Notes: generated from the letters alone by a model not told the origin. 64,000 nucleotides of DNA from Amoebophrya sp. A120 (GCA_905178155.1 CAJINV010000005.1:7618989-7682988); one strand, 5' to 3'. Counted from the stretch's first letter, positions 12,550-25,718 are shown. Numbers and translations are program-made.

Positions 12550-14637
12550 ATGTTGGAAAAGTATTTTTCCAAGGCAGTGAACCATGCCAAATTGAACTCC
12601 AAAAAGTTCTTTTTCAACAGTGCGAGGACAACATCGAAAAACAAAGCTTCTGACCACCTCTTTCCGCACAACCTGACTCGGAATTACTTCACAAGCAGGA
12701 CCAGTAGGAACAGTGCCACGAAATTGAACAACTTTTTCAAAACTTCTGGGACTAGAATCAACTACAGCACCACTACGACTAGCCGTCTTCTGTTCCAGAC
12801 CCTCCGAGTGAGATTGCAACACTTCTCGAAATTGACCCAAGCCTACGCTGCGGGGAATCCAGTGAAGTTCGGTGTCGTGATTTCTGGTTTGAAAACTCTG
12901 TTGGCCGTATGACAGTGCACAACCCCCCCTCCCCCTCATTTGTATGGCATGAACAGCAATACAAACACCAGCGCACATGGACCCTAGTATGCATGACAAA
13001 TCTATGTGCTTACCTAATATAGTATTGTGTGGGCTTCCGAAATTTGTCATGCAAATAGTGCCACAGGGCAGCGACTGGATTTGGGATTTTGCATGACAAA
13101 TGAGGGGAAGGGGGAGTTGTGCACTGTCATAAGCCGATTTTGTCGTGCAGAAATACGTGGAACGGCGGGAAGAGATCGACAAAACAAGAAGCTTGCTGTT
13201 CGGCTGCTGGGGAATTTGTTGGTTAGGCGGTGTGCAGTATTTCATCCACGTGCATTTGTTCGCGCACAAACTCTTCCCCCAAGCTGCGGCCTTTGTGGCG
13301 AAGGTATATTTTACTATGATGAATCTTTGGTCCGATGGATCTGGATGTGGGTCTTTTAATTTTCTGGTCCTTATCGTGCATGACAAACTCAGTTTCACGT
13401 GCTGACTTAGCATGAGAAACTCATCAAACAATCACTTCTCCAGTCTTTCAACGCGAAGCTTGCGGACAAGGTTGGACAGCGGATCGTGGCGAAGCAGGTG
13501 TTTCTGGATCAATTTATCCACCACCCGTTTATGTTCTTCCCCGCTTTCTACTGCGTCATATCAAATGCAAATATGTCTGGGTCTGGAAGACTGCCAGACT
13601 TGTCATGCAGGTTTTCCATGACTCATGAGGTCTGGTATGTAGGACATAGCATGACAGATTCTGCGACCCTTCTATCATGCCTATCCTGCATCAGACACTG
13701 CCTCTCGATTAGGTCAAAAGTGGACAGCTTTTGGTAATCCTGCAATACAGATTTTTACATGATTCAGATGTAGCATGAGAAGTTGCTCTGTTCTTCCAGA
13801 CCCGCCGGACACTTTTGCATTTGATACGTCAAGGCTTTAGTCGAAACGAATCCACGACCTTCTGCTGAACAGTCACCGTCCTCTGTGAAAGAGAAAGACG
13901 TGAAGACCATTGTCGAGGACGAAGTTATCGGGTACGCATTTGCTTTATCCTGTGCAAAAGTATCGTACTCGTATTGCAATCATGCATTACAAATCTTCTT
14001 TTTAAGGTAAACTTGCATATACAAATTTCCTCTCTCATGCTGAGGAACTTTGTAATGCATTTATACGAGTGCGATGCTTTTGCAGTGCATATGCTTCGAA
14101 AATCGAAACCGCGGTGAAAACTGGATTGGGAAATTACGCAAAAAACTGGCAGGATGATTTGAAGACGTGTTGGCAGGTATAGATTTTGTTTACTAGAGTG
14201 TTGCTTGTCCTCAACCTCATTCATCATGAAGATGGAAGCATGACTGGCATGCGTCGAGATCTGTGATGCAGAATCAACGGAATGAAGTCACCAGTGCTGC
14301 TGGCATCCTGGTTCCAGGAGCAGGAGCATGACACAGCGACTTGACGAAAGAAACTCAAATTTTCCATGCAGAAAAATCACCAAACGAACATCAGATTTGG
14401 GTCCCGGCAATGACGATCAACTTCTCCGTTTGCCCCCTTTGGGCCCGAGTTCCCTTCGTCGCGGGTGTCAGTCTGTTTTTCACGATGTTGCTGTCTGCGA
14501 AACGGGGTGCGCCGTTGACAAGTGAGGATGCGGATAACGTCAAAAACGGGTTGAAGAGAACACCCTCCGAGTTTGCTGCGGAAATGGAGAAGAAACAACA
14601 TGAAGTTGACGTGTGCGAAAAGATCGCGTATGAATGA
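12550..14637 (+). CDS. Mpv17/PMP22 family membrane protein
   Basis: Spliced product ..GLKTLLADFVVQKYVE..IDKTRSLLFGCWG..KQVFLDQFIHHPFMFFPAFY..CWQIWVPAMTINFSVCPLWARVPFVAGVSLFFTMLLS. TIR introns 12908-13131, 13559-13826, 13946-14091; GT-AG introns 13304-13443, 14177-14394. Confidence 0.88.
12908..13131. mobile_element. TIR introner, family E
   Basis: tatgacagtgcacaacccccc ... ggggagttgtgcactgtcata; TSD ggccg/agccg. Confidence 0.92.
13559..13826. mobile_element. TIR introner, family A
   Basis: tatcaaatgcaaatatgtctgggtctggaa ... acttttgcatttgata; TSD cgtca/cgtca. Confidence 0.92.
13946..14091. mobile_element. TIR introner, family B
   Basis: tatcctgtgcaaaagtatcgtactcgta ... tacgagtgcgatgcttttgcagtgcata; TSD tgctt/tgctt. 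Confidence 0.92.
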
Positions 14638-16599
14638 AAATGCAACAAATGCAATACAAATTCAAATGACTCGAAAAGAGTTTGAGTTTCTCCCCCTACC
14701 GCAATAATTAAAAATCTCTTGTATGCAGAAGAACAAACATTATCGTGCAGAAGAGAGATTCTGAAATTTTGAACTTCGATAAAAATATCAACGTATTAGA
14801 ACCGCTGCTCTGCACTGCTTTTTTACCTGCTACGCAGAATATTGCTCTCTCGTCTCCGGACGTAGCTAGTACTAGCACCGCGCCTCTGCGTCGACAAGGA
14901 GGTTCCCAGGCTCACCGTCACCGAACAGAACAGTTTCAATTGACGAAAAATCATTTCGTGTAGCTGTAGTTTGTTTCGCATCTCGTCTGAGGATTATTCT
15001 AGCACTCACTTGTCGGTATCAGGCTGCCGAGACCGAGCTTACAATTACTGCAGTTTGTACTAGAGCAAGTGCAGGAGCTGCTCGTGTGATTGCTTATCTG
15101 ATAGTTGTATCAGATGAACAATTAGATCACAAAAAATTTTGGCCGAGTTTCAGTTTCAACTTTGATCTTGGTCCCACCAGTGATCATTTTCGTCTTCCTG
15201 GTGGTGCAAACCTAAATTGATATGAACTACACGACACACTACACTTAACGACAACCGTATTGAAAACCTTTACGACCCACCTTGCCTTTCAAGACCCGTA
15301 GTATTGAAAATCTATGACGCCTCGATGATTCACTTTTGTAGCCTGTCTTCGCCCAGATTCTGACTCACCTGTATCTTACCTATAGCAATCTATCACGACC
15401 CTTCGGTCGAACGTATCTGTTGGCAGCGAGACCTCTTCTGGTCGGTCCCAGTTCAGCGTCGACCGAGAGGTGTGACCTTCTCTGCCGCCCTTTATATTTT
15501 CCGCCGAATTTCTCCGCATGACAAGCAGAAGTTTCTGCTACCGCGGTGCATTTTCGGCACAACGGCGCTCTCCTCCCTCACAATGGCGGAAGATGCCTGC
15601 TTCATTCACCCCCGACCAGAGAACTCAGCTTCAAGAAGACAGAGAAACACCCAGGAGCATGAGAACTACACAGCCTGTCTGTGAGTCACACGACGCCAAT
15701 CCACATCAAGCAGATGACTCTCTTTGTAAATACAGATGTTTGAATGCCACCACAAATTGTAACTACGCTTTGATGTATACCTATGCAAAAGATCATCTGT
15801 AGTCGCAGCTGCTTTAAGAGATATATCGAGCTATAGTTGCAGATGATTTTTTCCCCTATACGCTATTCCGTGGCCGATCTGTTTCCCGGCTTGATTCGGA
15901 TGTTGGTACACTAGGAAGCAACTCTTTGAGCTAGATTTTGACGTTTTACTTTTAGTAGCTATGCTTGTACAGTAGATCCAAGGCAATACGAACCCAATCT
16001 TGTGAAGAGCAGAGAATACAGACGGAGAATTGGGATTGATGAGAGCAGAAGATGCTATGTCTGAGCTGCTATGAGCAGGATGACGCTACTTCTTGAGCGT
16101 GCTACAGCTTCTAACGCTAAGTGTTGAGCAGAGCACGGGCGGTGTGGCATTTTCAAGCAATCCAACAACAAAAACATTTCATGATGAGCGAAGTAGAGAG
16201 ACGACAAAAACAGGGAGAGAAAGAACAACACAAAGCTGATATTGTCGTAAAGCAATTTTTCTAGGCACGAGCCTCTTCTCGGTGTATACCTGCTTCACCC
16301 CTGCACCACCTCGCGGCTCAGGTTGAGGTCGTGTAGTCGTAGACCAAGACTTGAACTCGTTGGCCAACATCCTGCAACGTAGCGGCACAACCAACTCGAA
16401 AATTTCAGTTCTTCTACTTTGAACAAGCACACGCGAAGCATTTATTCCGCTACCGATCGCGATCTACATCTAACGCCCAGACGCGATAATTTCTTGTTTG
16501 CTTCTTCATCTCGCCTTCTGCGCATTCATTTTGTCGTTGTGAGTGTATCAAAATTTCAAACTTTGTTTTCCCTTCGTCGAGCTCCCAGCAAAAAAAGAG

Positions 16600-19500
16600 A
16601 TGAAAGCTTCCTCCTCGAAGCCTAAATCGAAGCCGAACGGGCTAAGCGGCGGCTCTCTACTCGCAAAAGCGAAATCTAAAGCGGGTGGACCCGGATCGAG
16701 ACCGGCCGCAGCCGCGTCGACCATAGCGGGAGTAGCAGTGCCTGTGAGCGAGGTGGACGCGGAAAGCAGCGTTGCTCCGTCGCCAATACCAGAATCTGCA
16801 GCAGCTCCTGCGGAGTTTGATGCAGCGGATTCCAAGAATCTACCTGTGGTCACTGCTGATCACACTGACACGGCCGAGGACATCGATTCTGACGACGATT
16901 TGATTAATTACTACAATGAAACCCTGCAGGAACTCGTCGAGGACAAGAAATCTGAGCTTCTGTACATGAAAACGTTTCTCAACAAGATCGCGGACGAGGT
17001 TTTGCCCGATCCAGCTTTGAATCAGAAGTTGCACATGGGGTTCTACAGGTTGCTGATGAACAGAATGGAGGAGATTGAAGAATTAATGGACATTCTGATG
17101 TCGGCGCCGGATAATTCTAGTAGTGCAGATTCATCTTCTATCCACAGTAAATTTCCCGTACAACACGTAAGAGCAAATCCAAATGCGGTGTCTGCATGAC
17201 AAAACCAGGCTTCCATCCTAGTTTAGCATGACAAGTGATGTTACGCGCCAACTTGGTAAAATTTGTGATGCATCTTGGGCATGTTGTACGCAAAAGTTGT
17301 ATTGCATATCTTCCACCGGTGGACCAGGTAAAATCACTCTCGACATCATCCAGCGCGCCAGCGAGTACGACATTCCGGAAGAGTATGGATGTGTCATGAC
17401 CGAAATCGACAAAATCGAAAAACTTGTGACGCATAAAATGTAGGCCACTGAAGGCCTGTATTGGGGAACAGGCAAATGAGACCGATTGCAAGCCTGGTGT
17501 TTAGGGGTATGCAATGTGCTGTCAGAGTAGCATGACAGGAGCAGTCTTCTTTGCCCAAGCAGCACGACAGACTGGATGTGGGTGCTCCCGAAATTTGTCA
17601 TGCACCACTCGAAAACTGAAGCCCCAACTGATATCGATTTTGTGCATCACAAATTTTTTGACTTTGTCAATTTCGACTCTGACACTTCCATAAAGAGCTT
17701 CTTCAGGCCGGAAGGCAGCGGCTGCAGGAAGACCAAGTATTGGAGCAAAACCGGTTCTGGCACGGGCGAAACGCTATGGATTGCAAAAATGTCTGGGTCT
17801 GGAAGAATGCGAGATCTGTCATGCAGTTTTTGCCTGACCCAGATCGTCTGGCATGCAAGCTCTAGCATCACAGATTTTAAGCACTTATTCCAATGCCTAA
17901 TCCGCATGACAAATCCTCTCTCTCGGAAACAAGAAATGGGGCTTTTTGATAGCCATGCATGACAGATTTTATCATGATGTAGAATTCGCATCACAAATTC
18001 GAATCCTTCCAGACCCAGACATTTTTGCATTTGATAAACGCGAGCGCTGTAGCAGGGAATCAAAATCGAAACAACAGTACTTCTAACGGAGGTTCTTCCT
18101 CTCCAAACACAACGAAAAAGCAACTACTAGACCAGTTGAAACTCCAGCAGGCGGAAGAGCAGGCAAAACTAGTCGAAAAAACGGAAAAGTTGAAATTGAA
18201 AATGCTCGGGTTTTGGACCTTGCACGAGAAAATCGAGAATTTTGAGCAGAGGAAACATGGTTCAACTTTATTCCAAGAAGTGTTGAAGTTCTTCGATGTC
18301 TACGCCAACCCTCTGATGTTGGACTTGGATTGCGTTTTACCCGCGCCAGATGTTGCTTCTGTTTCTGGAAGTGCCGCAGGAGGAGGGGTGAAATCGTTCG
18401 CCCGCAGCGGTGCTTCTTCCTCCTCCAGCACGAAGCCGAAGACCGGGAAAACCCTTTTGCAGCGCATCTGCAACTCGACAAAGCTCCCCCACGAACTGCA
18501 GCTGCAATTGCTCGAGCACTTGCTAAAAAAAGGCGCGCACATGCAGCTCGCGGTGTCCTACTACGTGTCCGCGCAGATGTTCAACTCCCAAATCGGCGGT
18601 GGGGCGGAGCAGCCATACACTTTCAGCCACATTGAGGAAATTGTCCGGTTGTTTGTCTCGCATTTCCAAACACAGCATCAAGCGGTTTCTGAACAAGGCG
18701 GCAGCAGCACGTCCTTTCACGAGGAGGATTTTGAAAGCTGTATCGCCGCTTTGGGAGAAACGGTCGATGGAAAATTGCACGGATTTGGGTACTTGAATAT
18801 GATGAGCGGAGCAATAGACCATGAACTGCAAGGTGGTCAACATATCAAACAAAAAAGTGTAGTTAACGTTAACGGTTTCCATAGATGATCGCAAATATGC
18901 ATGACAAATTTTGCCTAGCATGCATGCACGCTATGCTTGACAAATTTGGGCACATTTTGTGATGCATATACTGCATCACAAATTCCGTTAACGTTAACGC
19001 TTTTTCCTGTGATACAGCAAGAAGATCCGAACGCAGCAATTCTCGAAGCGACCACACTCTCCCACAAACTCCGGGATCATTTAGCAACAGTTTACGACAA
19101 TTGGAAGCAGAAACTGCTTAAAAAATCTTCCTCCGCGAGCCTGTCATCAACAGGCGATGGCAGTATGCAAATCGGCTTACCACTCTCCAAACCCTGGCCA
19201 CAACTCTTCCGGGATGTCTTGATGCCGACTAGCGACCGTGACACATCCGCGGACGCTGCGAACCAACTGAAAAAAATCCAGCATATGAAATGCAAATATG
19301 TCTAGGTCTGGAAGAATGCATGTTTGTCATGCTTGTCTGGCATGACTCTTAGACCTGTCATGCACGTTGCCCAAGAGCTTCACTTTTCTGTGATGCTGGA
19401 ACGCAGTTTGTCATGCAGAATAGGCAACACCTAGAAGCTCAGAAACTTGTCATGCTGAGCCAGTATTTGTGGCCTCATCATGAGACGCCACCCAGCATCA

Positions 19501-21653
19501 CAAGTTTCCAGACCCAGACACATTTGCATTTGATACCGCAGACCGTCGAGCAAATTTGCGCTTGGAACGGGAAAAAGATCTTAAACGAGCCGGTGGTTAG
19601 CAACACGGGAGCGAACATGCTGTTTATGTAAGAAAAAAACTGTAATGTAAGTGTAAATCTGTGATGCAGAAAATGCAAAACAGTCACACTTGTCATGCCA
19701 CACGGCCATGAAGTCCTTTTTTCATGTGTATTTTCCCTTACAAGCCACGCATGACAGGTTTTCTCTGTCATGTAGAGCAAATTTGTGATGCTGTCAGCCA
19801 AAGAAAGTTACACTAAACACAGTTTTTTTCTTGGATACTGTTTTTCTGTTCCTCAATAACGATAGCGCAACCTCCATCGTCTACAACTACTTCTTCTAAA
19901 ACGGGTCCAATTCCACCGACCGGGAACAGCAACAATATCAAACCAGAAGCGATCAAATTCCTTTTGAAAAAGCTCGCCACCTACCGTCCGGCGAGTGAGT
20001 ATTTTCTGACCGACATTTCTGGAACGACGATCCTCCAAAAAGCCCTAGCCTGCTCCGACGACGTGGCTTCGTTGAAGCAGGAGGTTGCGCAACTACTTGT
20101 TTTGTCAGAAGCGTCCGCCTTCACCGGTTTGGATTTGTTGTACTTGCAAAACTCGGAAGGCAACAACATTTTGGACTTCCTCCTGCAAGAGCAGTCGGGC
20201 GGAGACACCCAGGCGATGAAACTGCGGAATTGGCTGAAAGACACGTTCGGAAACAGCAACACAAACGGACTCGGCATCGGGATGGAGTTGTTCGGGGATT
20301 TTACCGATTCGGGAAAGACGAACTTGAACAAAATGGTGCTCGGAGGTGGCGGTGGCGGAAAAAGTGGAATTAGCATGGCGCCCGGGGGTATGAACTACTG
20401 CAAAATCATCGCACTAGTAGAAACCAGCCATGCTCCGGCTGCCGCCGGAGCGCAAGGCTGTTGGGCCGGGGCAAGACAGTTTGCCGATCGGACCACAACG
20501 CCACGCGCCGGTGCACAGCGAAAGATACTGGGGTCCTGCTGCACAACGGAACATACTGGAGTTTGCGCCGCGCCAACCCGCAGGACCACTTGCGCGCTTC
20601 CCGCGCCTGTGGGCGCTCTGCGCAGGGAGCAGCTGCAAAGAACACCGGGGGCGAACAGAAGCCGCCCGGCGCGAGAGGGTAGCGCGAGAGGGTGGCGCGG
20701 GAGGGTGGCGCGAGAGGGTGTGCGAGAGGGTGGCGCGAGAGGGTGCGCGAGAGGGTGGCGCGAGAGGGTGGCGCGAGAGGGTGCGCGAGAGGGTGGCGCG
20801 AGAGGGTGCGCGAGAGGGTGCGCGAGAGGGTGGCGCGGAAAGGCGCCGAACAAAACAAGTCCGCGAATGGCCTGCAATGCCAAATATGGGGAGTGCCATG
20901 GGGATTCGCGCCCGCTTGGGTGTGCTTTTACCCTCTCGCAGACCTCCCGCAGACCCTCTGTCTGACCTCTTTTGGGGGTCCCCGCTAATAGTCCGGCTAT
21001 ACTCGTGGGTAGAGGTCGACAGAGGTGGCCGAGAGGTGGCCAAGAGGGTCCGCGAGAGGTCGCCCCTTATTCGCGCCACCTCTCTCCACCTCTGTCGACC
21101 TCTCGCGCCCCCTCTTTTTGACCTCTCTGCACCCTCTCAGGCACTTAGGCGGCGCTTTAGGGTGAGCGCTTCGGCGGGCCATACTCGCGCACCCTCTCGC
21201 CGACCCTCTCGAATGGGGTCCCGCGCCACCTCTCCACCTCTGCCGACCTCTTTTTTACCTCTTTTGACCTCTTTCTGCCCTCTCGGCCACCTCTTGTTTA
21301 CCCTCTGTCTACCTCTTTTTTCGCATGAATATGATATATAGTAATCACATCACAAATTTGGTCAGCGTTACAAATGGAATTTGTAATGCGGATTCGGCTT
21401 AAGAGCGAGAGAGTTGTAATGCGTGGCTGCAATTACTACGAGTGCGATACTTTTGCAGTTCATAGGGGGTAAGCTGCTAACGGCGGAAGAAGTTTTGTCC
21501 GAGGCAAACTTATCCGGACCGAGCGGCAGAGCGTTTCAGGACGCGACACGGGAATTGAAAAATATGTCGGCGGATGAAATCAGGGGGAATTCGGCCAGAT
21601 ACCAAGAAGTGAAAGCGGCAAGAGATTTTTCAGATGTGATGGGAGTTTCATGA
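16600..21653 (+). CDS. ~854-aa hypothetical protein with degenerate ankyrin-like motifs; 8 exons separated by 7 TIR introns
   Basis: Exons 16600-17138, 17314-17383, 17698-17774, 18042-18842, 19020-19283, 19541-19624, 19843-20388, 21470-21653 total 2565 nt in one open frame. Motifs GKTLLQRIC..LLKKGA, GANMLF, GTTILQKA, GNNILDFL (ankyrin call tentative). Confidence 0.75.
17139..17308. mobile_element. TIR introner, family D
   Basis: tatccacagtaaatttcccgtac ... gtacgcaaaagttgtattgcata; TSD tcttc/tcttc. Confidence 0.92.
17384..17692. mobile_element. TIR introner, family C-like
   Basis: tatggatgtgtcatgaccgaaatcgacaaa ... tttgtcaatttcgactctgacacttccata; TSD aagag/aagag. Confidence 0.92.
17775..18036. 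mobile_element. TIR introner, family A
   Basis: tatggattgcaaaaatgtctgggtctggaag ... cttccagacccagacatttttgcatttgata; TSD aacgc/aacgc. Confidence 0.93.
18843..19014. mobile_element. TIR introner, family H-like
   Basis: tatcaaacaaaaaagtgtagttaacgttaacgg ... ccgttaacgttaacgctttttcctgtgata; TSD caaca/cagca. Confidence 0.88.
19284..19535. mobile_element. TIR introner, family A (subfamily A1)
   Basis: Near-identical interior to 40424, 43333 and, reversed, 57127 and 61166; TSD cagca/ccgca. Confidence 0.92.
19625..19837. mobile_element. TIR introner, family G
   Basis: tatgtaagaaaaaaactgt ... acagtttttttcttggata; TSD ctgtt/ctgtt. Confidence 0.92.
20424..21341 (-). mobile_element. Non-autonomous Helitron-like element, short copy
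   Basis: Minus-strand 3' end is hairpin gctccggc-ggca-gccggagc then atggCTGG|T; 5' end ..atattcatgcgaaaaaagagg shared with 22361-25718; no TSD; 5' boundary uncertain (21334-21341). Confidence 0.75.
20669..20835 (+). repeat. Minisatellite (gcgcgagagggt[g])n inside the Helitron-like element
   Basis: About 13 imperfect tandem 12-13 bp units; about 3 units (reverse complement) in the other copy near 25411-25450. Confidence 0.9.
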
Positions 21654-21654
21654 T

Positions 21655-22360
21655 CGAATTATGAACTTTATCCATGAAACACATGGAAATGGATCGTGTT
21701 CAAGTTCACCATGAGACTGCGGACACATAAATCAATGGAAAAAAAAGGATGCAAAAAAACAAAATAAATTGCCAAATCTCAGGCAACTGAAATCAGAATC
21801 ACATGATACACAAACCAAATTCCACAAACTGGACCTAAATGATTACCTGCAAACAAGAACAACTCTGATTGATATAAATTGAGTTGAAACCTATCATGAA
21901 ATAATCAATCACCATCACCAATTTCAATTTTGATATATGATTTTAGGATGAAAATCGAAATATCTGTGAGATCATCTTCTGAATCTCAAATGAGAATGAA
22001 ATTCATGATTCTTGGATCGAGATCTCTTCTTGGATCATATCTAGATATGAGAAGAAGAAAAAGATTCTTGGATCGATTGGATATCGATTACCAAATAATG
22101 TGATCTGATTCATTTCTTTGGATGATATGGTCCGAAATATTATTTCATTTTCTTCTCGTTTTCTCTCTCTCTCTGTTATATTATTTGTGTCTCATTCTTC
22201 TATCTCTGATAATTATATGAGTCCAATTTTGAAATCTCAGAATATATTATTTTTCATCGAATCGACAAAAAATAATTCATTCTGATATGATATCAGATTT
22301 TGAATCGATACCATATCGAATCGATTCGAAGCAAGGAATGGAACACATATCGAATTATTA
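21655..22360. other. AT-rich degenerate island, left part; continues at 25719-26360 beyond the Helitron
   Basis: Low GC, rich in TCGA/GATC/ATAT; same composition on both sides of the insertion. Confidence 0.5.
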
Positions 22361-25300
22361 TCTATTATATTCATGCGAAAAAAGAGGTCTACAGAGGGTC
22401 GAAGGGAGGTGGCCGAGAGGTCAAAAAGAGGGTAACAGAGGTCAAAAAGAGGTCGATAGAGGTGGAGAGGTGGCGTGGGAGGTCGTTCGGGAGGATGGCC
22501 GAGAGGTGGCGTCAGGTGGGACAGCCCCGCTCCGCCTTCGTTTCTAATGTTTTTCTAATTTTTCCGGCGTTTCGATTTTTTCCCGCCCCCGAACCCGGGG
22601 AAAACCCAGAAGCCGAAAAGCAAGCCCACCATCCAAGGAAGAAGAGGCGCGTCCCGAGGCAAGAAGGAAAACACCCCGGACAGGAAGTCCGGCCAGGGCC
22701 CATGGCGCCTGACCGGTTGTTGCGGACCACTTCGGAAACACCCTCACCCCCATTACATCTTTATTTCCACCGGTTACAACCCAACTTGAAAAGCCCGCCA
22801 CCCGTCACCCGAAACAACAGACCCCCGCCCGGGTCAAACACTTCTAATCTTCCCTTTTAATTTCTTCTTCTAATTTCCCCTTCTAATTTGTTCTTCTAAA
22901 AATGTCTTCTAATTTGTCCTTCTAAAAACGTCTTCTAATTTCCCCTTCTAAAAGTTCTTTTAATTTCCCTTCTAATATCCCCTTCGAAAAATGCTTCTCA
23001 TTTCCCTTCTAATTTCCCCTTCTAAAATTGCTTCTAATTTCCCTTCTAATTCTTCCTTCTAATTCTTCTTCTAATTTTCTTCTAATTCTTCTGCAAATCC
23101 GGGGGAAATCCAGCTCCTCGGAAAATTTCCGAGGAGCTTCTAATTTCCCTGTGCAGTGAAATCACACACGATTTCGTGTTTTTGTGGATTTGGCATCAGA
23201 ATTAGAAGATGATTAGAAGACAGAATGGCATCAACAAAATCCCTGTTTCGCGGGATTTAGAAGCTCCCGGCCGAGCTTCTAAATCCAGCTCTCCACAACA
23301 ACTCACACAACCAGAACATGATGGTGGAGATCGCGTCGACCATCATGTTCGCGACCCACCTCGGCGCCACTGAGATGATTCGGAAGAAGAAGCTCCCAAG
23401 GATGGACCCACTGCACAACCAACTGAAGTCCTGTAACTTCGTCCTGTCGGATAGGACGGAGATGCAGGACTTGGCCCCGAAGGAACAAAAACACCCAGGA
23501 AACGACCAGCGTCCAACTCCTTCTCCCACTTCCCTTTTTCACATTTTAAATTCATGCGAAAACCTGGCCAAATTTTTAAATTTTAAATTTTCTGGATTCG
23601 GACAAACGGGAAGACACCGGCCCGGCAGAGAAAAACCACCCCCCCTGGCACCTCTCCTGGGTATACCACGCGGGCGCTACACTATGGCCGAGGACGGACC
23701 CAACTGCCTGCCCGATTGCCCTTCAATCATGTGGCGGCCTACCTAAACAGCGCCGGGCTTTTCCTGAAACGCCGGGAATTTTAGTGGTTTTTTAGCCAAG
23801 AAAACGGAGCGGGGTGCTTCAGGCAGCCGGCCCGTGGCAAGCTATTTCGTTAATTCCTGGCTGAAGTTTGGCTAATCCCCAAAGCGAAGGAGGGCAGGCG
23901 CAAGAGGGGCCCGACTAGAAAACGCGCCGGGGGTGCCACCATACTTCCGGGGGCGCATAGCCATCGCGGGCGCCGCCCCCCAGGCACCCCCCCCGCGCCC
24001 CCCTAAAGGGGAGGCGGGCGCGCGCCGGGAAAGGCGCCACAGGGTGCCCCGGCACCGAAGAAAGGCCCAGGAGCCTGCGAAGCCTGCGCGCGGGGGGCCT
24101 CCACCAAATCACAACGGAGGCCGGAACGCGACCCCGGCGGGCCTGTTGTTCGTGGGTTTCCAGAGCGCCACCCCTTCAATCTTCGGGGCAAATTGGGAAA
24201 GGCACCGGTCGGGGGGAATCCATTCAAAGACGCAAAGGCCACGGGCGGGCGGGAACTGCGGGCGGGCGGCCTGCCGAGAAAAAGCAGGACAAGTGGTGGC
24301 AAATGGCGCCAACTGAAAACCCAATGCTCTGGCGGAGTGACTGCCCCCCGGGGGCAGGTTAATTCCTTGGGTTTTTGGGGTAATTTGTGGTCTAATTTAT
24401 AGTCTAATCTGTAGTCTAATTTTTGGTCTAATTTCAAAACCAACGAAACCTTCCCGATTTCGTTGTGGTCAGATTAACCCCGGAAATTACCGCCGGGATT
24501 ACCCTCTTCATTAGCCGCCCGGGATCGGGGTGGTGTTTGAAAGACCAAAAAGCCCCGGCCTCGCGCCTGCCTGATTTCCAGAGCCGGGCCCGCTGCGCGC
24601 TGCCCCCCATAAATGCAAAGGCGCCGGGCCCCGGTGGATTTGAGCCATGGCCACGAGGAGCAGCCCCTGTGTGCCAAACCACACCACAGGACCCCCCTCC
24701 CTTGCAAAGATACCGGACAAAGAAAAACCGAAGGCCCGGGCAAGGGCCCGACCCGAGGCATTCCCTGAGGTAAGGGAAAAGAGCGCCCGAGGGCAGGCCA
24801 CCACCAAAAGCAAAGGCGCCGCGCGCGCGAAAAGGCCCAACGATAAGCGGCCCCCATCCCCAAGAGGACGGGGGAGAGCACACAACCAGGGGAGACGGCC
24901 CGGAAGCTTACGACACCGACCCGGGAAAACAAAAAGCGGGGGCGCCACACTATGCCGCGCCCCCCTCCCCGAATGCGGCGCGTGCCCAAAGGGTGCCGCA
25001 CCCAGCCAGCCGGCCCGCGATTCCCGGAATTAGTGACATTTTAAAAAAATTTTACTAGCGGAAAACGCCTCGGGCCGGCTGCCTGAGGTGCTCCCGCCTG
25101 AGTGGCGCGGGTATAGCCAACCGAACCATTCGTCCTAAGGCCGCGCTTATGGATCGGGAGGTGGTCGAGAGGACCCCGAGAGGATAAGCGAGAGCGGGGT
25201 AGAGGTGTCGAGAGGTTGCGCGAATAAGGGAGAACCTCTCGTGAACCCATTCGGCCACCTCTGTAGACCTCTACCGGCGAGTATTGCCGGACTATTAGCA

Positions 25301-25718
25301 ACACCTCTCCGAAGAGGTGAAAAAGAGGGTCTGCGAGAGGGGTAGAAAAACCCGAATCCACCCGGCGCAAGGGTGATTCTTTTCCGGCCCTTTCATGCAG
25401 AGGGCCTGAACCCTCTCGCGCCACCCTCTCGCGCACCCTCTCGCGCCATCCTCTTGCGCCACCTCCCCACGCTTCTGTTCGCCTCCGGTGTCCTTTGCAG
25501 CTGCTCCTTGCGCAGAGCGCCCACAGGCGCGGCAAGCGCGCAAGTGCGTGATCCTGCGGGTTGGCGCCGCGCAAACAGGCGGCAAGACTCCAATAAATAT
25601 GATGCTTCATTGTGCAAGCATATTAGAAAGACCTGTGGCATTGTGGCCCGATCCACAAATAATCCTGCCCAGCCTCAGTAACAACCTTGCGCTCCGGCGT
25701 TAGCCGGAGCATGGCTGG
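22361..25718 (+). mobile_element. Non-autonomous Helitron-like element, long copy (~3.36 kb) with internal cargo
   Basis: A|TCtattatattcatgcg 5' end; 3' hairpin gctccggc-gtta-gccggagc then atggCTGG|T; inserted at A|T with no TSD; both ends homologous to 20424-21341. Confidence 0.8.
22840..23095 (+). repeat. Degenerate (ttctaatttcccc)-type minisatellite inside the Helitron-like element
   Basis: About 20 imperfect 9-14 bp units with a TTCTAA core. Confidence 0.85.

Larger units (their letters stand above)
20389..21464. mobile_element. TIR introner, family B, carrying a nested Helitron-like insertion
   Basis: tatgaactactgcaaaatcatcgcact ... agtgcgatacttttgcagttcata; TSD ggggg/ggggg; flanking exons join in frame (PGG-KLL). 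Confidence 0.88.

Noticed and set aside
20430-21341. 303-aa ORF with RERVAREG repeats
   Set aside because: It is a translation of the minisatellite inside the Helitron-like insertion
22840-23095. Telomere-like repeat
   Set aside because: Units are irregular TTCTAA-core repeats inside an element, not a TTTAGGG/TTAGGG array
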